Assembly (NCBI GenBank): GCA_963708135.1
Contig: OY970192.1
Coordinates: forward strand, 1,472,001 to 1,536,000
DNA from: an uncultured Gemmatimonadales bacterium
GTDB lineage: Bacteria > Gemmatimonadota > Gemmatimonadetes > Longimicrobiales > RSA9
Direction: 5' to 3'
DNA length: 64,000 nucleotides
Positions 33,545-41,079 of the stretch are shown here, in pieces. The first letter of the stretch is position 1. Every line of letters starts with the position of its first letter. The notes under the pieces are model-generated. The model did not search any database. It saw nothing but the letters and a program-made list of their open reading frames with translations, and was not told the DNA's origin. The position numbers and the translations under genes were made by a program.

Positions 33545-34188
33545 TCTACCGACTCGCGCAGTGGCTGGCCCGTACGCTCTGGCACCTCCTGGGCCGGGTC
33601 GAGGTGCGCGGGCTGGGGAACGTACCGCCGGACGGGCCGTTCCTGCTCGTCGCCAACCACCTGAGCATCCTCGACCCCATCCTCGTCCAGTCGATGCTGC
33701 CGCGTCCACTCCACACGATGGCCAAGAGCACACAGTTCACGGCGCCGCTCGTCGGCTGGCTGATGGCCACGCACCTGCGTTCCTTCCCGGTGCGCCGCTA
33801 CGAGATCGACCCACAGGCCGTGCGTCTCGTACTGCGGCGCCTGCAGGAAGGAAAGGGCGTCGGCATCTTCATCGAGGGCGAGCGAAGCTGGGACGGACGG
33901 CTCCAGGAGCCGCGCCTCGGCACGCTCCGGCTGCTCCTCAAGGCCGGCGTGCCCGTCATCCCGTGCGGCGTCCACGGAACCTATGGTGTTTGGCCGCGCT
34001 GGGGCCGCCCGAGGCGCTCCCACGTCCGGATCACCTTCGGTGAGCCGCTCCGATTCCCGAAGCTCGACCGCCGGGACGAGCGCGAGGCGCTCCTGGACGA
34101 GACCGGCGAGCGCCTCATGGCCGCGATCCGGGCCTCGATCAACGGTGCCGAGCGCGCCGAGCGGGCTCAGTCGCGGCGCCGCCGGTGA
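33541..34188 (+). CDS. plsC: 1-acyl-sn-glycerol-3-phosphate acyltransferase family
   Basis: NHLSILD (HX4D), FIEGERS, VPVIP, VRITFGEP. Confidence 0.88.
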   Translation: MIYRLAQWLARTLWHLLGRVEVRGLGNVPPDGPFLLVANHLSILDPILVQSMLPRPLHTMAKSTQFTAPLVGWLMATHLRSFPVRRYEIDPQAVRLVLRRLQEGKGVGIFIEGERSWDGRLQEPRLGTLRLLLKAGVPVIPCGVHGTYGVWPRWGRPRRSHVRITFGEPLRFPKLDRRDEREALLDETGERLMAAIRASINGAERAERAQSRRRR

Positions 34189-34335
34189 CGAGATCCTTCC
34201 ATTTTGGGCGCCGATGCCCGATTGTCATGGCATGAGGACGATCCGCTATCTGGGCGTGCGCTGGCGGCCGGGCAGGGCGGCGGCGTGGGCCGCGGTGGAG
34301 AAGTCGTGGAGTTCTCCACAGCTTTCGCGTCCTCA

Positions 34336-34363
34336 GGTTTACATAATGTATATTATGCGAAGC
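34336..34363. other. dif: dif site (XerC/XerD chromosome dimer resolution site)
   Basis: GGTTTACATAA-TGTATA-TTATGCGAAGC: 11-6-11 architecture with the CATAA-N6-TTATG core of E. coli dif (GGTGCGCATAATGTATATTATGTTAAAT); intergenic AT-rich island; gene strand and KOPS polarity switch nearby. Confidence 0.9.
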
Positions 34364-34413
34364 GGACCCGCGGCCACGGCGGCCACCACCACGACGAGTC
34401 TCGAGAGGCAGAC

Positions 34414-35337
34414 ATGCCCCAGACCATCTGGAACGGAAGCCTCCGTTTCGGGCTGATCGAAATACCGGTCAACCTTTTCGCGGCGGAGCGGCCGGCGGCG
34501 GGCCTGCCGATCCAGATGCTGGATGGGCGGGACATGGAGCCGGTGGCATACCGGCGCGTGAACCGGCGGACGGGCGAAGTAGTGCCGTGGGAGGCGGTGG
34601 TTCGCGGATACGAATACGAGGCGGGCCGCTACGTCGTGGTCACGGACGAGGACCTCGAGCGGGCGGATCCGGAGGCGACGCGGGCGATGGAGCTCGTCGC
34701 GTTCGTCGAGCCGGAGGCGATCGAGCCTCCCTACTACGACACCCCGTACTACCTCGTTCCGAGCGAGGCCGAGGCCGCGAGCGGGTATGCCCTGCTGCGG
34801 GAGGCGCTGCGGCGGAGCGGCAAGGTTGGGATCGCGAAGCTGGTGCTGCGGACGCGGCAGCATCTGGCGGCTGTGCTCGTCCGGGGCTCCGTTCTGGTGC
34901 TGGAGCTGCTGCGCTACGCGGCGGAGGTTCGCGAGGCGCGGCTGCCGGGTGTGCCGGGTGAGGATCTCGAGAGTTTGGGTCTGACGCCGGCGGAGGTGGA
35001 GCTGGCGGGGCTGCTCGTGGAACGCATGACGGAGTCGTGGGACCCGGGCGCGTACCGGGACGACTACCGGGACGAGGTACTGGCGGCGCTCTCGAGCAAG
35101 GCGACCGGCGCGCGTCAGGTGCCGGCCCAGGAGCTCCCGCTTGCCGCGACGGCTGCCGCCGTGGGTTCGGCGGCGAACGGGGGCTCGGCCGAGGCCGCGG
35201 AGACGCCGCCTGTGGGGGTGGTGGACCGGATCGGATTGCTGGAGCAGAGCCTCGAGCGGGCGGTCGCGGGCGAGCGGCGTCCGGCCCGGCGGGGCCGCCG
35301 GGCGCTGGGCGAGGTGGCGGCGCGCAGGCCGGCCTGA
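34414..35337 (+). CDS. ku: Non-homologous end-joining protein Ku
   Basis: IWNGSLRFGLIEIPVNL, RGYEY, PYYLVP, YALLREAL, YRDDY, basic C-terminal tail. Confidence 0.95.
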   Translation: MPQTIWNGSLRFGLIEIPVNLFAAERPAAGLPIQMLDGRDMEPVAYRRVNRRTGEVVPWEAVVRGYEYEAGRYVVVTDEDLERADPEATRAMELVAFVEPEAIEPPYYDTPYYLVPSEAEAASGYALLREALRRSGKVGIAKLVLRTRQHLAAVLVRGSVLVLELLRYAAEVREARLPGVPGEDLESLGLTPAEVELAGLLVERMTESWDPGAYRDDYRDEVLAALSSKATGARQVPAQELPLAATAAAVGSAANGGSAEAAETPPVGVVDRIGLLEQSLERAVAGERRPARRGRRALGEVAARRPA

Positions 35338-37910
35338 TGGGGCTGGAGCGGTACCGGAAGAAGCGGGATTTCGAGCGGACCCCCGAGCCGGCCGGCAGGA
35401 AGGCGCGCCGGCGCGGGGGTCCTCTTTCGTTCGTCGTGCAGCGGCACGCCGCCAGCCACCTGCACTACGATTTCCGGCTGGAGCACGATGGCGTGCTGTT
35501 GAGCTGGGCGGTGCCGAAGGGTCCGAGCATGGATCCGGGCGAGCGCCGTCTGGCGATCCACGTGGAGGACCATCCACTGGAGTACGGGGACTTCGAGGGG
35601 GTGATCCCCGCGGGCGAGTACGGCGGCGGGACGGTCATGGTCTGGGACCGCGGCCGCTGGATTCCCCGCGGCGATCCAGCGGCGGGGCTGCGCAGGGGCA
35701 AGCTCGAGTTCGAGTTGCAGGGCGAGAGGCTGCGCGGCGGCTGGGCGCTCGTCCGGCTGCGAGGCAGGAAGGGGCGCGGCGGCAAGGATGAGTGGCTGCT
35801 CATCAAGGAACAGGATGATCTGGCGGCGCCGGGCAGCGGGGACGCCATCGTGCGCGAGCGGTCCTCGAGCGTCCTGAGCGGACGCAGCATGGAGGAGATC
35901 GCGCGCGCGGAGGACCGCGTCTGGCGCTCGGGCGAGGCGGCGGGAGGAGGCGGCGCGAGTGCCCTGCCGCCGCTGGCCACGGTCGCGGGCGCCCGGCGCG
36001 CCCGGTTTCCCTCCTCGCTCTTGCCGGAGCTCGCCACGCTGGTTTCGGCGGCGCCCGAGGGGGAGGACTGGCTGCACGAGCTCAAGTACGACGGCTATCG
36101 TGTGCTCTCGTTCGTTCGCAACGGGACGGCGACGCTGCGCACCCGGCGTGACCAGGACTGGACGGACCGCTTCCCTCGGATCGCGGCGGAGGCGGCGGCG
36201 CTGCCGATCGAGAGCGCCGTGCTGGACGGCGAGGCGGTGGTGGTAGGTGCGAACGGCCTGACCAGCTTCCAGGGGCTCCAGAACGCGATCGGCTCGGATC
36301 CGAACGCGATCGTCTACTACGCCTTCGATCTTCCCTACCTGAACGGCCACGACCTGAGGCGAGTGCCGCTCGTGGATCGCAAGTCGCTTCTGCGGGCCGT
36401 GCTTCCCTTCTCGTCCGCCGGCGCGCTGCGCTACAGCGACGATGTCCGCGCGAACGGCCCGGCCTTTCACGTGGAGGTGTGCCGGCGCGGCGCGGAAGGC
36501 ATCGTGTCGAAGCGCGCGGCATCGCATTACGAGAGCCGGAGAACGCGTGACTGGGTGAAGGTCAAGTGCTTGTGGCGACAGGAGTTCGTTGTTGTCGGCT
36601 ACACCGATCCTTCAGGGTCGAGGGCCGGGCTCGGCGCGTTGCTGTTGGGAGTGCGGGAGCGGCGGCGCGGCCCGCTCGTGTTCGCCGGCAAGGTGGGCAC
36701 CGGGTTCACCAACTCGCAGCTCGTGGCGCTTCGGAAACGGCTGGACCCACTGGTGCGCAAGAGTTCGCCCGTGGAGGGAGCGCCGCGGGGTGCGGCGGCG
36801 CGGGGCGTGCACTGGGTGCGGCCGGAGCTGGTGGCGGAGGTGGCGTTCACGGAATGGACGAAGGACGGCGTGGTGCGGCACCCGTCGTTCCAGGGGCTGC
36901 GGGAGGACCGCTCCCCGGAGAGCGTGGTGCGGGAGCGGCCGGCGGCGGCTGGAGAGGCGGCGTCGCCCCGGGCGCCGGCGGGAGATGAGGAGATGGCCGA
37001 GGCGAGCGTGGCGGAGGTGCCCGAGCTGGCGGAGGTGCGGTTCACGAGCCCGGACCGCGTGCTGTACGAGACGCAGGGGCTGACAAAGCTCGATCTGGCG
37101 CGCTACTACGCGGCGGTGGCGCAGTGGCTCGCGCCGCTGATCGCGGAGCGGCCGCTGACGCTCGTGCGTTGCCCGCAGGGGGAGCAGCGCGACTGTTTCT
37201 TCCAGAAACACGCGGACGACAGCTTCCCCGAGTCGATCGGACGCGTGGAGATCCGGGAGAAGACCCGCACGCGGACCTATTTCTACGTGGACTCGCTGGC
37301 AGGGATCCTGTCGGTGGTGAACCTTGGCGCGCTGGAGCTGCACACGTGGGGGGCGAGGCGGGACCGGTTGGAGCGGCCGGACCGGCTCGTCTTCGACCTC
37401 GACCCGGATCCGAGCGTCGGCTGGGCGCGGGTGGTGGAAGCCGCGCACGCGGTGCGGCAGACGCTCGCCGCGCTGGGCCTCGAGTCCTTCGCGAAGACGA
37501 CGGGGGGCAAGGGCATCCACGTCGTGGTGCCGCTCGTCCGGCGCACGGACTGGGACGTGGCGTACGGGTTCGCGAAGGGGGTGGCGGAGTCGATCGTCGG
37601 GGCGGCGCCCGACCGCTACACGGCCACAATGTCGAAGCAGAAGCGCAAGGGGAGGATCTTCATCGACTACCTGCGGAACACGCGCGGCGCGACGGCGGTG
37701 GAAGCCTACTCGACGCGAGCGCGTCCGGCGGCGCCGGTGTCGATGCCGGTGGCGTGGGAGGAGGTGACGGAGTCGCTGCGCCGCGACCAGTTCACGGTGG
37801 CGAACGCGGCCGACCACATGGCGCGCCGCACCGCCGATCCGTGGGCCGGAGCGGCGGCGCTGAGGCAGTCGATCACGAAGGGGATGCGCCACGCCGTCGG
37901 CGCGGCGTGA
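35337..37910 (+). CDS. ligD: DNA ligase D (phosphoesterase-ligase-polymerase)
   Basis: YRKKRDF..TPEP, HYDFRLE, SWAVPKGP; ELKYDGYR, EGIVSKR; FDLDP, KTTGGKGIH, IFIDYLRN. Confidence 0.96.
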   Translation: MGLERYRKKRDFERTPEPAGRKARRRGGPLSFVVQRHAASHLHYDFRLEHDGVLLSWAVPKGPSMDPGERRLAIHVEDHPLEYGDFEGVIPAGEYGGGTVMVWDRGRWIPRGDPAAGLRRGKLEFELQGERLRGGWALVRLRGRKGRGGKDEWLLIKEQDDLAAPGSGDAIVRERSSSVLSGRSMEEIARAEDRVWRSGEAAGGGGASALPPLATVAGARRARFPSSLLPELATLVSAAPEGEDWLHELKYDGYRVLSFVRNGTATLRTRRDQDWTDRFPRIAAEAAALPIESAVLDGEAVVVGANGLTSFQGLQNAIGSDPNAIVYYAFDLPYLNGHDLRRVPLVDRKSLLRAVLPFSSAGALRYSDDVRANGPAFHVEVCRRGAEGIVSKRAASHYESRRTRDWVKVKCLWRQEFVVVGYTDPSGSRAGLGALLLGVRERRRGPLVFAGKVGTGFTNSQLVALRKRLDPLVRKSSPVEGAPRGAAARGVHWVRPELVAEVAFTEWTKDGVVRHPSFQGLREDRSPESVVRERPAAAGEAASPRAPAGDEEMAEASVAEVPELAEVRFTSPDRVLYETQGLTKLDLARYYAAVAQWLAPLIAERPLTLVRCPQGEQRDCFFQKHADDSFPESIGRVEIREKTRTRTYFYVDSLAGILSVVNLGALELHTWGARRDRLERPDRLVFDLDPDPSVGWARVVEAAHAVRQTLAALGLESFAKTTGGKGIHVVVPLVRRTDWDVAYGFAKGVAESIVGAAPDRYTATMSKQKRKGRIFIDYLRNTRGATAVEAYSTRARPAAPVSMPVAWEEVTESLRRDQFTVANAADHMARRTADPWAGAAALRQSITKGMRHAVGAA

Positions 37911-37922
37911 AGGCGCTTCCGC

Positions 37923-38624
37923 CTACTTCCTGGCCGCCCCGTCACTCGCCGCGGCCTGCGCCTCGGCGAGCCGCATCTGATAGATGGAGTGCTGGGCCAG
38001 GCTGTCCGGCGTCATCTTCAGGAGCCGCTGGTAAAGCGCGGCGGCGCCGGCTTCGTCTCCCTTCTCGGTCTTGAGCCGGGCGGCGGACTGGAGCGCATCG
38101 CGGCGCTGGTAGTCGAACGGGGCGGTGTCCGCGATATGGAGGTAGCTTGCCTCCGCCTGCTGCCCCTTCCCGTCCGCTTCCTGCGCCGCGGCGACCAGGA
38201 AGGCGGCCGTGGGCCCGAGCGGCGCGTCCAGCTCGGCGGCGAGCGGCCGGGCGACGTTCCCCGCCTGCTGGGCCTTCCCTTCCTCGAGCAGCGTCTGCGC
38301 CAGGATCACGCGGCCCTCGGCCGCGGCCGGCGTCCCCTTGAACTTCTGGACGAAGGTCTCGAGGTCCTTCTCGGCGAGGGCGCGGTTGCCGCTCGCCGCG
38401 GTCTGCCGGATCTCGTTCAGCCGCGCGGCGGCGGTGTCCGCGATGCGCGCGCGGAAGTTCCGGTAGTAGAAGAAGCCGGCGATCAGCATGGCGAGCGCCA
38501 CCGCGGTAACGATCAGGAGCTGGCTGTGGCGGCTCGCCCACGCCGTGGCCTCGAGAGTCCGGGCAACGAAGACGTCCTCCTCCTGGTCCGCGGCGCCGCG
38601 CCGCACGGTCGTATGCTTGGCCAT
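37923..38624 (-). CDS. Membrane-anchored TPR protein (YfgM-like)
   Basis: Single N-terminal TM helix followed by Ala/Leu-rich TPR-type helices. Confidence 0.75.
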   Translation of the reverse strand: MAKHTTVRRGAADQEEDVFVARTLEATAWASRHSQLLIVTAVALAMLIAGFFYYRNFRARIADTAAARLNEIRQTAASGNRALAEKDLETFVQKFKGTPAAAEGRVILAQTLLEEGKAQQAGNVARPLAAELDAPLGPTAAFLVAAAQEADGKGQQAEASYLHIADTAPFDYQRRDALQSAARLKTEKGDEAGAAALYQRLLKMTPDSLAQHSIYQMRLAEAQAAASDGAARK

Positions 38625-38723
38625 GTCCTGTCGGGATTCTGGACTCGAGGGCTCCGGAACGGCTCCGCCCGCGGACGCGTGCACGTGGCGCGGGCGGAGA
38701 CGGCCGAACTGCCTAACCTGTTG

Positions 38724-38752
38724 AAGTTACCAGGCCTTCGGGGCACCGTCAA
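38724..38752 (-). promoter_or_regulatory. Sigma70 promoter for the TPR gene
   Basis: On the - strand: TTGACG, 17-bp spacer, TAACTT. Confidence 0.7.
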
Positions 38753-38784
38753 GGCGCCGAAGAAGCGCTTCTCCCGGCGGGGAG

Positions 38785-40932
38785 CTACGCGACTTCGGCC
38801 CCCGTCCGCCCCGGTCGGGCCGGGCCCCGGCGGGCGGACCGGCCGGTGGTGTCCGGCGGGGTCGGAGTCGGCTCTCGCCGGCGCGCGTGGCGGGCTGCCG
38901 CGGGGGTGCCGCCGCGCGTGGTGTCCCGCGCAGGCGCCGGCTTCCGGGTGGTGTCGCGCGGATCCCGTGCCGGCGGGGGCGCCGGGCGCCGCATGGTGTC
39001 GGGCGTGGGCGGTGCAGCGGGGTGCGCGGAGGTGTCGCGCCGGGGCGTGGCCGCCGGTTGGGTGCTCGAGTCGGCCGGGGCGATTGGGCCCGGACTGGCG
39101 GGCGGCGTGGGGGTGGTGGCCCGGTGGATCTCGGCGGCGGTGAGCGGTCCGGAGTGCCGGAAGCGGGGGGCGGGCGGCGTCGCCAGGGGCGGCTTCGGCG
39201 CCCTGCCGTCGAGGGTGAAGGCGAGGAGGGCGTCTCCCATCGGCGTGCCGAGCTGAAAGCTTCCGCCCGCGGCGACCACCACGTACTGCACGCCGCCCAC
39301 GGCGAACGTGATCGGGGGCGCGGCGATGCCGGCGCCGGTGTCGAAGCGCCAGAGCAGGTTTCCGCTGCGGGCATCGAAGGCGTCGAGGGCACCGCTTCCC
39401 TGCCCCACGAACACGAGGCCGCCGGCCGTGGCGAGGGCGCCGCCCTCGACGGGCTCGGGGAGGCGGTGCTCCCATGCGATGCGGCCGGTGGCCAGATCGA
39501 TGGCCGCGACGACGCCCCACTGGTCCTCGCCCGGCAGGTAGCGGAAGGTGCCGCCGAGGCGCATGCCATCATGCTGCTCGTCGAACGGCGTGACCGTGTA
39601 GGCCATGGGCTGGTGACTGCCGACGACGTAGGCGTGGCGCGTGAGCGGCGAGTACGCGGGGGGCGAGAAGTCCGTGCCGCCGTTGGCGCCGGGCAGCATC
39701 CTGGTGCCGGTGGGTGTGGGCGGCGCGAAGAGGTTCTCCTGCGCCACGTAGTTGTCGGAGCGGAGCACGGGGTGGCCGGTGGCGGCGTCGAGGACATAGA
39801 GCCAGCCGGTCTTCCCGGCCACGGCCACGTAGCGGTGGCCATCGACGGTCGCGAGGAAGGGCGCGCTGACGGGGCTCATATCCCAGAGGTCGTGGGGCAC
39901 GAGCTGGGTGAACCAGCGGAGCGTGCCCGCCGTGGCGTCGAGCGCGACGACGGAGCCGGTGTAGAGGTTGTCCCCGGGCCGGATGCCGCCATCCAGGTCG
40001 GGGGAAGGGCTGCCGACGGAGACGAAGAGGGTATGGCTCGCCGGATCGTAGGCGGGGGTGGTGGAGACCGGACCGCCGCCGCGCACCCAGCTTCCGGGGT
40101 AATCCGCGCTGTCGGCCTTCTCCCTGGCAATGTCGCGGTGGAGCGAGGCGCCGAAGGGATCGGTCTCGGACCAGCTCCCCCACCAGCCGTTCGGCGCCTC
40201 GCCGGGAGAGGGGATGGTGTACCACGTCCACAGGATCTGGCCGGTCTGCGCATCGAGGGCGATGACGCGGCCGCGAATGCCGTACTCTCCGCCGCTCAAC
40301 CCCACGATGACGCGTCCATCGGCCGCGAGCGGCGCCATGGTGATGCTGGCGCCCTCGATGCTGTCGGCGACGGGGGCATCCCAGTCGACGCGGCCGGTGT
40401 GGTGATCGAGGGCGATGACGTGACCGTCGAGGGTGGCCACGAACACGCGCTCGCCCCAGGCGGCCACGCCGCGGTTGTTCGGCCCGCAGCAGAGCGGGAC
40501 GGGACGCGTGTGGGGCGCGTACTCCCAGAGCTTCTCGCCGGAGGCGGCGTTCAGGGCGATGACGTGACTGCCGGGAGTGGTGAGATAGAGGACGTTGCCG
40601 ACCACGATCGGCGTGGTCTGGAAGGCGCCGGCGACGCCTGTCTGCTGGATCCAGGCCGGCCGCAGCCGACTCACGTTGGACGTACCAATGGCGTCCAGTG
40701 TGGAGTAGCGTTGGTTCGCGAACGCCCCGCCGTGTACGGGCCAGGCCGTCCCGGCCGCGGAGGCGGTATCGACCAACGCGGCGGTAACGGGCGTAAAGGC
40801 AGCGGGGCGTGCCGTCTCGGCGGTCGTGGCGGTCCGGCCGGGGGCTGCGCCGCCGCCGCACGCGGCGAGGAGAAGCGCGAGGCCGGCAAGCGGGCCGGCG
40901 CGGCGCGGCCGGAGCGCTGGGCTTGACGTCAT
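38785..40932 (-). CDS. PQQ-dependent alcohol dehydrogenase family lipoprotein with Pro/Thr-rich C-terminal tail
   Basis: Lipobox LAAC; NQRYSTL, FQTTPIV, vicinal CC (PLCCGPNNRG), GDNLYT, PHDLWD, repeated ALDA.TG..LW propeller motifs. Confidence 0.88.
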   Translation of the reverse strand: MTSSPALRPRRAGPLAGLALLLAACGGGAAPGRTATTAETARPAAFTPVTAALVDTASAAGTAWPVHGGAFANQRYSTLDAIGTSNVSRLRPAWIQQTGVAGAFQTTPIVVGNVLYLTTPGSHVIALNAASGEKLWEYAPHTRPVPLCCGPNNRGVAAWGERVFVATLDGHVIALDHHTGRVDWDAPVADSIEGASITMAPLAADGRVIVGLSGGEYGIRGRVIALDAQTGQILWTWYTIPSPGEAPNGWWGSWSETDPFGASLHRDIAREKADSADYPGSWVRGGGPVSTTPAYDPASHTLFVSVGSPSPDLDGGIRPGDNLYTGSVVALDATAGTLRWFTQLVPHDLWDMSPVSAPFLATVDGHRYVAVAGKTGWLYVLDAATGHPVLRSDNYVAQENLFAPPTPTGTRMLPGANGGTDFSPPAYSPLTRHAYVVGSHQPMAYTVTPFDEQHDGMRLGGTFRYLPGEDQWGVVAAIDLATGRIAWEHRLPEPVEGGALATAGGLVFVGQGSGALDAFDARSGNLLWRFDTGAGIAAPPITFAVGGVQYVVVAAGGSFQLGTPMGDALLAFTLDGRAPKPPLATPPAPRFRHSGPLTAAEIHRATTPTPPASPGPIAPADSSTQPAATPRRDTSAHPAAPPTPDTMRRPAPPPARDPRDTTRKPAPARDTTRGGTPAAARHARRREPTPTPPDTTGRSARRGPARPGRTGAEVA

Positions 40933-40997
40933 GGCCTTCCTTGCGGGGCGGAGCGGGACGCGCGGTCCCCGAGTGTGCGGGCGGGCGGCTGCCGGGC

Positions 40998-41012
40998 GCA
41001 AGAGGGGTGCCA
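40998..41012 (-). promoter_or_regulatory. Sigma54 (-24/-12) promoter for the PQQ dehydrogenase
   Basis: - strand TGGCAC-CCCTC-TTGC, a full consensus match. Confidence 0.75.
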
Positions 41013-41033
41013 TGGTCGGGGCCGGCCGGGAGG

Positions 41034-41048
41034 TGGCGTATGGCTTGC
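41034..41048 (+). promoter_or_regulatory. Sigma54-type promoter for the tamA/tamB-like genes
   Basis: TGGCGT-ATGGC-TTGC (GG-N10-GC). Confidence 0.55.
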
Positions 41049-41079
41049 GTGGCACGCCACGCCGTGAAAGCCTTTGAAC

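Noticed and set aside
34336..34366. loxP-like sequence or vector contamination
   Set aside because: The resemblance is partial. The 11-6-11 CATAA-N6-TTATG structure fits dif, not the 13-8-13 loxP.
33983..34456. ORFs running through dif (33983..34456 and the upstream part of 34204..35337)
   Set aside because: No recognisable protein features. Ku homology begins at ATG 34414 after an SD.
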